Source: a virus
Lineage: Duplodnaviria > Caudoviricetes
IMG/VR virus record: IMGVR_UViG_3300017700_000643
Location: 1-40,056 of that record
Length of the DNA: 40,056 nucleotides
Reading direction: 5' to 3' (one strand)
Shown here: positions 24,414 to 33,527 of the stretch, piece after piece
How the letters are laid out: every line of letters begins with the position of its first letter
Position numbering within the stretch: position 1 is the first letter of the stretch
Program-made: the position numbers and the translations under genes
The notes under the pieces: generated by a model
The model's input: the letters and a program-made list of their open reading frames with translations, nothing else
What the model was told of the DNA's origin: nothing
The model's database searches: none

Positions 24414-25568
24414 ATGGCGCAGCCGCAACCATATAACCGTACTGTTGACTTCACGCAGCGGGATGGTGACGACACCGACCACGCGGGGATAAACGCGGAA
24501 TTTGATGCGGTTGCGACTTCCGTCAATGAAGTCCGCGACAACCTGGCGCTGATCCAGAAGGACGATGGAAGCCTTGCCAATGGCATCGTTACGCCGGACT
24601 CCCTGACGCCGGAAGTATTCGAGGCTCTGACGCTGGACATCAGTGAGCAGGTGGCCGATGCTTCGGCTTCGGCCCAGTCGGCATTGAACAGCGCGCTGTC
24701 CGCCGCGGCAAGCGCTGCCACGGCTGTAGGCTCGGCCAACGCTGCTGCCACCTCTGAGAATGCCTCGGCTCTGAACGCCAGTGGGGCCAATGCATCGGCC
24801 ATCGCTGCCGCAGCAAGCCAGACAGCCGCCGCCGCCAGCGCCGCCGCCGCGCTTGCCAGCCAGAACGCTGCAGCCGCGAGCGCAACCGGAGCATCCACCA
24901 GCGCAGGCACCGCCACGACTCAGGCGGGTATCGCCACGACGCAAGCGGGGATTGCGACTACCCAAGCAGGCAACGCGGCCACGTCGGCGACTACGGCCAC
25001 GACACAAGCCGGCATTGCCACCACCCAGGCGGGCACGGCTACCACGCAGGCCGGGATTGCTACAACCCAAGCCGGGAACGCTGCCGCATCGGCTGCTGCG
25101 TCCGCTGCCTCTGCCCTGGCATCGGCGGCCAATGCTCCGCTGCTGCTGACTGGCGTAACGGGCACCAACACTGTGACGGCCGGCACGACACCGGCCACGA
25201 CCGCATATCTCACCGGCCAGCTTTTCAAATTCATTGCGGCCAACACCAACACCGGCGCAGTGACGGTAAACGTCGATGCCGTGGGTGCGGCACCCATCAC
25301 CAAAAACGGCACCGCCGCGCTTACGGCGGGCGACATCCAGGCAGGCCAGGCCTATTTGCTGCTGCGCGATTCGCTGGGTAATTTCCAGCTGTCCGGCGGT
25401 TCCGGTGGCGGCGCCCAGGCCGGTGGCGTGCTTTACGAAAACAACCAGACCATCCTTGCCGATTACACCATCACGACGAACAAAAACGCCATGGCGGCCG
25501 GCCCCATCACCATAGCCACCGGGGTGACTCTCACCATCCCGACGGGCTCCACCTTGAGCATCGTATGA
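24414..25568 (+). CDS. Tail fibre 1 (anchor, Ala/Thr heptad shaft, C-terminal connector)
   Basis: N-terminal anchor shared with 28339..29031; ATTQAG(I/N/T) repeats; FIAANTNTGAVTVNV fibre motif; C-terminal ENNQTILADYTITTNKNAMAAGPITI. Confidence 0.85.
   Translation: MAQPQPYNRTVDFTQRDGDDTDHAGINAEFDAVATSVNEVRDNLALIQKDDGSLANGIVTPDSLTPEVFEALTLDISEQVADASASAQSALNSALSAAASAATAVGSANAAATSENASALNASGANASAIAAAASQTAAAASAAAALASQNAAAASATGASTSAGTATTQAGIATTQAGIATTQAGNAATSATTATTQAGIATTQAGTATTQAGIATTQAGNAAASAAASAASALASAANAPLLLTGVTGTNTVTAGTTPATTAYLTGQLFKFIAANTNTGAVTVNVDAVGAAPITKNGTAALTAGDIQAGQAYLLLRDSLGNFQLSGGSGGGAQAGGVLYENNQTILADYTITTNKNAMAAGPITIATGVTLTIPTGSTLSIV
24912..25079 (+). repeat. 21-bp/7-aa tandem repeats (ATTQAGx, seven copies in two blocks)
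   Basis: Read directly; synonymous positions have diverged while the protein repeat is conserved. Confidence 0.9.
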
Positions 25569-26116
25569 CCATGACCCTGCACGGCTCTTTGGGGGCCACT
25601 TTTCCCGGCGGAGGCAACCCGCAGCGCCTGCCCGCAAAGCTGCTTGGAATGTCCTATGGGGAAGTTCTGACGAGTGGGACCGGGGCCACCCTCTTCCTGT
25701 GGGATAACAGTATCCCGCTGATCAGTCAGGGCAATCAAGTCCTGTCAGTGACGCACACCCGACTCAGCGCAACCAGCAAGCTCTATATCCGCTGCGTGGC
25801 GTTCTTGGGGGAAAACTCCAATACGACTGACACGGTAATGGGCGCTCTGTTTCAAGACGCCACCGCGAATGCGCTTGTGGCCGGTGTCATCACCGGGCAG
25901 GCCGACTCAAACAACGGGTGGGGCAGTTTCGTGGCGGCCGGTCAGCTTGTTCTGGAGCGCGTTATCCCTTCCCTTGCCACTGGCGACACAACCATCCAGC
26001 TCCGCGCCGGATGCACGGGTGCCGGTAATGTTCGATGGAATGGCGCGAATGGCGCGGCCACAAAGTTGGGCAACACCATCATCACCACGCTGACCATTAC
26101 TGAGATTGAGTCATGA
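25565..26116 (+). CDS. Tail-fibre tip / receptor-binding module A
   Basis: ATGA-coupled to fibre 1; beta-rich; paralogous to 26715..27272. Confidence 0.7.
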   Translation: MTMTLHGSLGATFPGGGNPQRLPAKLLGMSYGEVLTSGTGATLFLWDNSIPLISQGNQVLSVTHTRLSATSKLYIRCVAFLGENSNTTDTVMGALFQDATANALVAGVITGQADSNNGWGSFVAAGQLVLERVIPSLATGDTTIQLRAGCTGAGNVRWNGANGAATKLGNTIITTLTITEIES

Positions 26117-26712
26117 GCGCGATTAAAACCAATGCCGTGCAGCTCGGTGATTCCGCGACCGCAGCACAAAACTTCCACTGGAAGACCAACCTTGACGGAA
26201 CCATGTCGCTGTTTCGCGGCAATGTCGGGGCGCCCATCGGTGTTGCAATTCTTACTGTTCTTGCGAGCGGTGAGATTGTGCGCGGCTTCCAGCCGGCCCA
26301 GATCATTCTGGACACAACCAATGGCTACGGCAGTACCAACACGTTTATCCGACGCTGGGCGAATCTTCAATCGAACCTAGGCGGCACTGCCATTACGGCC
26401 AACGATAGCGCAACGCTGGGCGGCAACCTCACGATTAATGAGGCCGACCTCTACACAGTGATTTACACGGACAACTTCAACGCCGCCCACACCACCGGTT
26501 TGACGTTGAACAGCGCATCCAATACTGCCATCGCCTCTGTACCTGCGGCCAACCGCTTGGGTATCGCTACCAGCGGAGCAGCTGACCACGGCGCTACGGT
26601 TGTCGCCCGTCGGTGGTTCCCTGCGGGCTCCGTCATCAGGGCCAATACACAGGGCGGCGCTGCTGCCGGGGCGTCACCGGCCCTGTCCTTTATTTCGATC
26701 ATCAGGGGCTAG
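26113..26712 (+). CDS. Tail-fibre tip / receptor-binding module B
   Basis: ATGA-coupled; MSAIKTNAVQLGDSATAAQNF N-terminus; beta-rich C-terminal domain. Confidence 0.7.
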   Translation: MSAIKTNAVQLGDSATAAQNFHWKTNLDGTMSLFRGNVGAPIGVAILTVLASGEIVRGFQPAQIILDTTNGYGSTNTFIRRWANLQSNLGGTAITANDSATLGGNLTINEADLYTVIYTDNFNAAHTTGLTLNSASNTAIASVPAANRLGIATSGAADHGATVVARRWFPAGSVIRANTQGGAAAGASPALSFISIIRG

Positions 26713-26714
26713 CC

Positions 26715-27272
26715 ATGACCGCCGCAATCAAAAACAACGGTGGTAGCCAGCTTGATGTCCTCATCGGCGGGATTGTTGTCGGAAAGTTCGACAGCACCGG
26801 TATGAGCACGGGGGCCGGTCGGCGTTTGGCGCAAATCCAGACGTTCTCTACGGGTGCCGTGGCCACGGGGACCACGCTAATCCCCATCGATGACACCATC
26901 CCTCAAATAACTGAGGGCGATCAATACATGTCGTTGGCGTTTACGCCGACCAATGCAGCCAGCACACTAGAAATTGATGTTGTCTTGTTTTGCGCGTCCT
27001 CTGTAGCCAACAACTATTTGGCCGCTTGTCTATTCCAGGACGCAATCGCAAATGCTCTGGCGGTGGGTAGCGTTTTTTCCTCCGGCATCAGTTGGCACAA
27101 AGAAATCTCTTTTAAGTTCATCGTCTCTGCGGCAAGTGTCACGGCGAGAACGTACCGCGTTCGCGCTGGTGGTTCAGTAGCCGGGACATTCACTTTGAAT
27201 GGGTCCTCTGGAGCTCGGTTCTATGGCGGGGTCATGGCCTCCAGCATCACCGTCAAGGAATACCTCCCATGA
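26715..27272 (+). CDS. Tail-fibre tip / receptor-binding module C
   Basis: ATG 26715 two bases after the upstream stop; shares DxxIPxIxxGxQ, LFQDAxANAL and RAG...NG motifs with module A. Confidence 0.7.
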   Translation: MTAAIKNNGGSQLDVLIGGIVVGKFDSTGMSTGAGRRLAQIQTFSTGAVATGTTLIPIDDTIPQITEGDQYMSLAFTPTNAASTLEIDVVLFCASSVANNYLAACLFQDAIANALAVGSVFSSGISWHKEISFKFIVSAASVTARTYRVRAGGSVAGTFTLNGSSGARFYGGVMASSITVKEYLP

Positions 27273-27658
27273 CTGCCCTTGTTGTCGTTCGGAATGCTGG
27301 CGGCTTTGTAGTCGCTTTCGGGCCGGCCGACGGCGCTTATCAGCCGTGCCTCCCGAACGGCTGTACTTCCAGCGTGGAAACAGACCCGACCTTGAACTTT
27401 GAACCGCCCCCCGACCCTGCGCCTATCGAGCAAATCCGCGCCATCGAGCGCACGCCAGAGGTTGCCGACGCAATGCAACGCGGCAGCCGTCTGGTTGCCC
27501 TAGCTTATGCCTTGGATGACTTGATCCGGGTTGCCGCCTCAAAAGGCCAAACGGTCACAAGGACGCAGGCCCACGCCTGGGCGATGGCGAATGACACCAA
27601 TTACAAAACGCTGTACGACGCAGAGCAAACCATCAAACCACTGAGGGCACTTGTATGA
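27269..27658 (+). CDS. Putative tail-fibre assembly chaperone
   Basis: 129 aa after the fibre-tip genes; beta N-half, PPPDPAP hinge, helical C-half as in Tfa-like proteins. Confidence 0.5.
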   Translation: MTALVVVRNAGGFVVAFGPADGAYQPCLPNGCTSSVETDPTLNFEPPPDPAPIEQIRAIERTPEVADAMQRGSRLVALAYALDDLIRVAASKGQTVTRTQAHAWAMANDTNYKTLYDAEQTIKPLRALV

Positions 27659-28038
27659 ACATCCTCGAAATCACTCTATGGATTGAGCTTTTCCTGCTTG
27701 TGCTGCTTGTCATCAGTTCCCCCATTGATCTGCTTGTCCACTTTTGGGCGCTCATGAACTACGCACGCGTGCGCGAACTGCCGGGCGGTGGCGTTACCAG
27801 GCAGGCAACCATCGCAGCCACCTATTTCTTGGTGCGCGGCTACCTGTTGGACTTCATCGTCAATGTTTTTTGGATGTCGGTGTTGCTTCGTGAATGGCCG
27901 CGACAACTCACCGTCACTTCGAGGCTCGGACGGCATGCAGCCACCGGTAGCGGCTGGCGCTTCGAGCGCTGCGAGCGCATTCAGATTTTGTATCTCAAAT
28001 GGTTCGACGTGAAGCACGCGGACGGAATACACCGATAA
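27655..28038 (+). CDS. Membrane protein
   Basis: Two hydrophobic segments; LDFIVN...TVTSRLGRH...C...FD..H. Confidence 0.7.
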   Translation: MNILEITLWIELFLLVLLVISSPIDLLVHFWALMNYARVRELPGGGVTRQATIAATYFLVRGYLLDFIVNVFWMSVLLREWPRQLTVTSRLGRHAATGSGWRFERCERIQILYLKWFDVKHADGIHR

Positions 28039-28049
28039 GGACCGGTCCG

Positions 28050-28325
28050 ATGAGCGAACCTCAAACACACAGCAGCACCCGCGTAACCATTGACTACAGC
28101 GTCCCGCTGTGGGGCGTCTTGTCCGTGCTTGGGGTTGGCCTGCTTGTCCTTATCGGGATGTATTTCAACGGCCTGGCAACACAGAAAGCCGTCGAGGAAT
28201 TGCAGATCCTAGTCAAGAGCGGCAACAACTCCGTGAACCTGCTGGACAGAGAGGTCAACCTGCTCAAGTTCCGGGTGGATGGACACGATTCGAGCATCAA
28301 GGTTTTGCAAGACCGAAAGCAATAA
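28050..28325 (+). CDS. Single-TM coiled-coil protein (holin/antiholin-like?)
   Basis: TAAGGA RBS; one TM segment (LWGVLSVLGVGLLVLIGMYF) followed by a coiled coil. Confidence 0.65.
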   Translation: MSEPQTHSSTRVTIDYSVPLWGVLSVLGVGLLVLIGMYFNGLATQKAVEELQILVKSGNNSVNLLDREVNLLKFRVDGHDSSIKVLQDRKQ

Positions 28326-28338
28326 CAGCGAGCACCAC

Positions 28339-29031
28339 ATGCAAGCACAAGCCTACAACCGCACCAAGAATTTCCTTGAAAACGCCAGTTCGGCTACGGA
28401 CCATGGCGCGATTAACTCCGAGCTGGATGCTGTTGCGACCAGCGTCAACGAACTGCGCGACAACGCCGCCTTGCTGCAAAACGACGACGGCACCCTTAAA
28501 AACGCCACCGTTAACGCCGCATCACTAACGCCCGAGGCAGTGGAAGAGCTGCAAGTGCCTGGACCTACCGGGCCAACCGGCCCCGCCGGACCAACCGGCC
28601 CGCAAGGCATTCAGGGCGTGAAGGGCGACACGGGCGCTTCTTTCGAGGCTGATGTGCAAGACCTGTTTGCCAATCGCGCGCTGTACAACCTGCAGCCGAA
28701 GGGTTTCAGTTTCCTTGCGCTGGACACCGGCAACCTCTATTTCAAGCTGTCCGCCACCTCTGCCGACTGGTCGGGTGCGTACACCTTTGGGACAGGCGCG
28801 ACTGGCGCAACCGGCGCAACCGGCGCAACGGGTCCGCAGGGCATCCAAGGCCTGCAGGGTATCCAAGGCATCCAGGGGCCGACAGGGGCCGCCGGCAGCG
28901 ATGGCGCCGACGGTGCGATTGTCACTATCGACACAACCACGAAGACCGCCAGCCTGATAGGCCGGACCCAGGTTTCCGCCCGCTTAATCATGGTCGGCAC
29001 GGAGCTGACCATCTCACTGACCACCACGTAA
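28339..29031 (+). CDS. Tail fibre 2, collagen-repeat protein
   Basis: Anchor paralogous to fibre 1; two Gly-X-Y tracts flanking a small globular domain. Confidence 0.8.
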   Translation: MQAQAYNRTKNFLENASSATDHGAINSELDAVATSVNELRDNAALLQNDDGTLKNATVNAASLTPEAVEELQVPGPTGPTGPAGPTGPQGIQGVKGDTGASFEADVQDLFANRALYNLQPKGFSFLALDTGNLYFKLSATSADWSGAYTFGTGATGATGATGATGPQGIQGLQGIQGIQGPTGAAGSDGADGAIVTIDTTTKTASLIGRTQVSARLIMVGTELTISLTTT

Positions 29032-29039
29032 GGCCGGCC

Positions 29040-29750
29040 ATGACTGGACTATCCGCACGCAACCGCACTTTGGGCGAACTGATGTCCGAGCTGCGCGCGC
29101 GCCTGGGCTTTCAGGCGCAGGGCTCTGCGGCCAAGGCCAACGATCCCATCATCAAGAGCTTTCTGACGGAATCTCATGAGTACGTTTTCGGCGAGCTGGA
29201 GCCACCAGTTCAGCGCAAGAAAGCCATCATCACCGCCCAGGCTGGTTCCTTCCTCTACGACTGGCACAACGACGCCGAGGATGAGGACATCAACCCCGGC
29301 CGGGTTTTGACCGTGTTCATCACGATAGGCACCACCGAAGCCCAGAAGATGACGCAGGGCATCACGCAGTACGACCGTGCCGACGGCGAACAGCGGGAAC
29401 AGCCGCGCAAGTACGACACGCTGGACGGGCAGATGGAAATATGGCCGATTCCCGAGCGCAACTACGACATCACGGTTGAATACATCGCCGAGCGCGCGCG
29501 ATTCACCCAGACCGCTGACCGCTGCAGTGTGCCGGATCGTCTGGTATTCCTGTACGCACTGGCAACCGCCAAAGCCCACTACCGCCACCCGGACGCGCAG
29601 GCCTCCGCAACCGCCTTTCAAAACATGTTGTCCCGCGAGAAGGGCCGGCAGCGCGAGAACCGCCGCTATTTCGTCAACGGCAGCCCATCCGCCGCCGCCG
29701 TTCCTCAAGTTGTCCGCACCACCGACGGCTACAAGCTGAGCACGCAGTGA
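29040..29750 (+). CDS. Head-tail adaptor (tail tubular protein A-like)
   Basis: TLGELMSELRARLG N-terminal helix, EIWPIP motif, position before the nozzle gene. Confidence 0.7.
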   Translation: MTGLSARNRTLGELMSELRARLGFQAQGSAAKANDPIIKSFLTESHEYVFGELEPPVQRKKAIITAQAGSFLYDWHNDAEDEDINPGRVLTVFITIGTTEAQKMTQGITQYDRADGEQREQPRKYDTLDGQMEIWPIPERNYDITVEYIAERARFTQTADRCSVPDRLVFLYALATAKAHYRHPDAQASATAFQNMLSREKGRQRENRRYFVNGSPSAAAVPQVVRTTDGYKLSTQ

Positions 29751-31144
29751 GCAAAATCACCTTCGACCGCTTCGACCTGGGCATTGACCTGCGCAAGGGG
29801 GCCGCCGTTTCTGACGCCAACCGCCTGCGCCAGATGAAAAACGCCTTTGTGACCACCGGCCTGGCGACGCAGAAGCGCCCCGGCCTGGTCAAGGTTGCAG
29901 ACCTGGAGGCTGGCACCAAGGGCCTTTTTGCGGCGTTCGGCAAGCTGCAGACCTTCTACGGCTCCGGCACCGTCACGCACGCCAATCCGCTATTCAACCC
30001 CAATAAGGTGGTCTATTCCGGCGGAGCTCAGGCCGTGAAGGATGTCCACTTTGCAGATGTCTTCAACGCCTACATCTACGCTTCCATTGAGTATGTCGGC
30101 GGCCAGATCGAGCACCACTACCTTGACGGCACCCCTGCAACGCACATCGTTGATGCCAACTGTCCCGATACCAAGGCCTGCATCAAGCTGGCCAGCAAGA
30201 TTTTTGCCGTCGGCGCCGGCATCGGTGACACGGTGCGGTACTGCAAAACCAGTGCTCCGCGTGACTGGACTCTAGCCGCCGATGCGGGCTTTTTGCCTAC
30301 CGGGCTGAATAGCCGCGGCGACCGCTCTGCCAATGCGCTGGGCAGCTACCAGAGCAAGCTGGTGGTGCTGACCAAGGACGGCGCCCAGGTGTGGGTAGTG
30401 GATCCTGACCCCACCAACATGAAGCTTGACACCGCCGTGGAAAACGTCGGTACGAGCTTTCCGCGCACGGTGGCGAGCGTGGCCGGGGACTTGCACTTCC
30501 TTTCGGACTACGGTTTCCGCTCCATCACAACGCTGCAATTGACCAGTAACCTGGCTGACGTGGACGTGGGTTCGCCCATTGACTCCCTGGTGCGCCCTGA
30601 AACCAAGGTGCCGGGTGTTGCGCCGAAGTCCTTCTACTTCTACGGAACCGGGCAATACATTTGCGCGATTGCCAACCGGCTGTTTGTGTATTCCATTTCC
30701 CGCACCGCCAAGATTGCCGCCTGGAGCGAGTACTTCCTGAGCGTGCCGGTGGACGCTTTCGCCGAGCTCGGCCAAACCCTCTACATCCGCTCCGGCGATG
30801 CCGTCTACAAGCTGGACGACAGCGTGAGCACGGACGACGGCAGCCAGTACGAGGTGCTTATCGAGCTGCCTTACATGGACTTCAAGCTCCCCGGCAACCT
30901 CAAACAGATCGTAGGCGCGGATGTGGTCATTACCGGCCGTGCCGAGTTCTCCGTTGGCTGGGACTCCCGCGATCCTGACGCCTTCACCAACCCCGTGCGC
31001 GTGAAGGGCAACACCAGGCCCGCCGGCACCATCCCGGTTGAGTGCTCCGGCACTGAGTTTGCCCTGCGCTTTCGCAACTACGACAACCAGCCTTTCCAGC
31101 TCGATTCCGTGACGATCTATTTCAACGATTTGGGGCCAGTATGA
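29747..31144 (+). CDS. Tail nozzle / DNA-stabilisation protein (P22 gp10 / tubular protein B-like)
   Basis: 465-aa beta-rich protein; GIDLR...KRPGL N-terminus and IAAWS motif; GTGA-coupled to the adaptor gene. Confidence 0.7.
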   Translation: MSKITFDRFDLGIDLRKGAAVSDANRLRQMKNAFVTTGLATQKRPGLVKVADLEAGTKGLFAAFGKLQTFYGSGTVTHANPLFNPNKVVYSGGAQAVKDVHFADVFNAYIYASIEYVGGQIEHHYLDGTPATHIVDANCPDTKACIKLASKIFAVGAGIGDTVRYCKTSAPRDWTLAADAGFLPTGLNSRGDRSANALGSYQSKLVVLTKDGAQVWVVDPDPTNMKLDTAVENVGTSFPRTVASVAGDLHFLSDYGFRSITTLQLTSNLADVDVGSPIDSLVRPETKVPGVAPKSFYFYGTGQYICAIANRLFVYSISRTAKIAAWSEYFLSVPVDAFAELGQTLYIRSGDAVYKLDDSVSTDDGSQYEVLIELPYMDFKLPGNLKQIVGADVVITGRAEFSVGWDSRDPDAFTNPVRVKGNTRPAGTIPVECSGTEFALRFRNYDNQPFQLDSVTIYFNDLGPV

Positions 31145-31557
31145 ACGTGACATTTATCGTCAGCCCTGACCTTTTCGCTCAAAAATTCCACATGGCCGCA
31201 CCATTGTTGGAAACAGTGGTGAAAGAGGCGGCACGCGGGGAATTCACCGTTGACGACATCGCCCGATTGACCCTTGAGGGCCGGGTGATTACGGCAGTGG
31301 TTGAGCGTGACGGCGTGGCGATCCTGGCCGGCGCGTTCGAGTTTGTCCACTACCCGCAGACCTTGGCGGTGAACATCCTGGCGCTTGGCGGCGGGTTTGT
31401 CGATGAAGTGGCGGAACAGTTTTGGGGCACCTTCAAAGGCTGGTGCAAAGACGCAGGGGCGACAGTGATTGAGGCCTCATGCAGCAATGCAATGGCCCGG
31501 TTGCTGCGCAGATACGAATTTGAAACCGTGTACCAAGTGGTACGCACAAAGATTTAA
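31141..31557 (+). CDS. GNAT-fold-like virion assembly protein (P22 gp14 / T7 gp13 position)
   Basis: VNILALGG...GWCKDAGATVIEASCSNAMARLLRRYEF resembles a degenerate GNAT; syntenic position. Confidence 0.55.
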   Translation: MNVTFIVSPDLFAQKFHMAAPLLETVVKEAARGEFTVDDIARLTLEGRVITAVVERDGVAILAGAFEFVHYPQTLAVNILALGGGFVDEVAEQFWGTFKGWCKDAGATVIEASCSNAMARLLRRYEFETVYQVVRTKI

Positions 31558-31570
31558 ACGGAGCTACATC

Positions 31571-32248
31571 ATGCTGATTACAACCAAACATAGCGGCTAC
31601 GCCCGCGACGGCAGCCGTCTTTATTTCAAAGGCGGCGGCGGCGACGCGGGCGCTGATGCCCGCGCGCAGGAAGCGGAGCGACAAGCTCGCATCACGGCGG
31701 CCACCGAGCAAATTAACAGCATCTTTGGAAATACTCCGCGCGAATCGCTGTATCAAGACCAGAAGAAGGCCGTCTACGACATCAACAAGGCCGAGGTAGA
31801 CCGACAGGCCACCGATGCGCTCAAGGCCAACCGCTTCGGCTTGGCGCGTTCCGGCCTGGCTGGTGGCTCTGTGGACATCGACAGCAACGAAGACATCAGC
31901 CGCCGGACAAACGAGGGCTTGCTGCGCGCTGGCGGTATCGCCGACCAGTCTGCCGCCGACCTGCGTACTGCGGACGAACGCACGCGCGGCAATCTGCTCA
32001 GCATGGCCCAGTCCGGCATTGACACCGGATCTGCCGCCACGATGGCGCTCAACGGCTTGAAGGTCAACGCTGACGGCGTGGCGGCGCAGCGTGCTGGCGC
32101 GAACGTGGGCAGCCTGTTCAATGATATGAGCCAAGCCTACCTGATGAACCAGCAGGGATTGGGCCGGGCAGCCGGCGCACAGCTCCCAGGTGCTCAGTGG
32201 CTTGGTGTGTCCTCGCCGAGTAGTACCTACGGCGGCAAAACCCAGTAA
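31571..32248 (+). CDS. DNA ejection protein 1 (P22 gp7-like leader)
   Basis: GGAG RBS; 19-aa leader followed by KGGGG; Ala/Gly/Gln-rich helices; LARSGLAGGS motif. Confidence 0.65.
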   Translation: MLITTKHSGYARDGSRLYFKGGGGDAGADARAQEAERQARITAATEQINSIFGNTPRESLYQDQKKAVYDINKAEVDRQATDALKANRFGLARSGLAGGSVDIDSNEDISRRTNEGLLRAGGIADQSAADLRTADERTRGNLLSMAQSGIDTGSAATMALNGLKVNADGVAAQRAGANVGSLFNDMSQAYLMNQQGLGRAAGAQLPGAQWLGVSSPSSTYGGKTQ

Positions 32249-32262
32249 GGGGCTCAGGAACC

Positions 32263-32763
32263 ATGACAGAGCATGCAACCACCGCGATAGCAGTCCGGCC
32301 AATCTCTGGCCTGATGGTCCAGGCCCAGCGCTTGCCGGCCATGACTGAGGACGCCATCGCCAAGGTGCGCGCAATTGAGGCAATGTCGCTGGCGCTATGT
32401 GAGCAAGTCGAGTTCCCCACCGAGCACGTCATTCACGGCGGCATGTACGTCCGCACCTTGCACATGAAGGCCGGGGAAGTCCTGACCGGGGCGCTCTTGA
32501 AGGTGCCCACCGTGTTGATTGTTTCTGGCGATTGCTCCGCTTTCATCGGAGAGGAAACCATCGAGCTGCGCGGTTATTCGGTTCTGCCTGGCAGCGCCGG
32601 CCGCAAGCAGGTTTTTCTTGCCCACACCGATGTAAGCATGAGCATGTCCTTCCCGACGAAGGCCAAGACAGTGGCTGAGGCCGAGCAGGAATTTACCGAC
32701 GAGTTCGCCATGCTGATGACCAATCGGCAGGACTGCGTACAAACACTGATAACCGGAGAATGA
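32263..32763 (+). CDS. Cupin-fold-like protein
   Basis: EHVIHGGMYVRTLHMKAGEVLTG...LIVSGD...GSAGRKQVFLAHTD pattern of phage cupin-like proteins. Confidence 0.6.
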   Translation: MTEHATTAIAVRPISGLMVQAQRLPAMTEDAIAKVRAIEAMSLALCEQVEFPTEHVIHGGMYVRTLHMKAGEVLTGALLKVPTVLIVSGDCSAFIGEETIELRGYSVLPGSAGRKQVFLAHTDVSMSMSFPTKAKTVAEAEQEFTDEFAMLMTNRQDCVQTLITGE

Positions 32764-32764
32764 C

Positions 32765-33523
32765 ATGGCAGGCGCAATAAGCGGAACCACAATTGCAGGG
32801 CTCGCCGCCATGTTTGCCGGCGCGGCAATGCAGTACAAAGCAGCAGACGACGCACGAAAGCGCCAGCAGGCTGAAATCCGCGCTGGGTTGGCTTCGCAGC
32901 GGGAACTCCAGATGCAGGCCGAGCAAAAGGCGCTGGGCGCAGCCGAGAAATTTGCGACGCCTGACCGTCAGGCCGAGCAGCAGCAAATCGAGGACACCAT
33001 CACACAGGAGCTGATCGCGCCTGTAAGCGAGAGCCAAACCATCCGCGCGGCCCAGCAGACCACCCAAGGCAATGTGTCGGGCGACTACAAGACCGCCAAG
33101 GCTACAAGCGACCTCAATGCCATGAAAGCAGCCGAGAACCTGGCCCGGATGATGGGTAAGACATCATCGGCGAACCGTCTTCGCATGAATGAGGGCATCC
33201 GCCTTGCAGACACCGGCATGGACATCGACCGCCTTGCAAGCTTTTCACGCGGCCAAGCAGGTGCGGACCAGATCGCAACCCAGCAAGCCGGACAGGTTGA
33301 CCCCGGCATGATGTTCGCGGGTTCACTCCTACAGGGCGCCGGGTCGGCCGGAATGATGGCTGGCGGCACCGCAGGCAGCACAGCCACCGGCTCTGGGCTC
33401 CAGGGCTCCACCGGCTCCGGCACGTCGCTGTTTGCGCCGACCGGCGGCATGGGGCTAAAAATGAACGGGGCTTTGACCTCTGGTTTCAAAATGCCAGTCG
33501 GCGGCCTCCGGATTCTGGGGTAA
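32765..33523 (+). CDS. DNA ejection protein 2
   Basis: Hydrophobic Gly/Ala N- and C-terminal segments around a Gln/Ala coiled coil. Confidence 0.65.
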   Translation: MAGAISGTTIAGLAAMFAGAAMQYKAADDARKRQQAEIRAGLASQRELQMQAEQKALGAAEKFATPDRQAEQQQIEDTITQELIAPVSESQTIRAAQQTTQGNVSGDYKTAKATSDLNAMKAAENLARMMGKTSSANRLRMNEGIRLADTGMDIDRLASFSRGQAGADQIATQQAGQVDPGMMFAGSLLQGAGSAGMMAGGTAGSTATGSGLQGSTGSGTSLFAPTGGMGLKMNGALTSGFKMPVGGLRILG

Positions 33524-33527
33524 CAAC

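Noticed and set aside
24414-27272. Diversity-generating retroelement or invertible tail-fibre cassette
   Set aside because: No reverse transcriptase, no adenine-specific TR/VR repeat pair and no invertase seen; the paralogous tip genes are diverged throughout.
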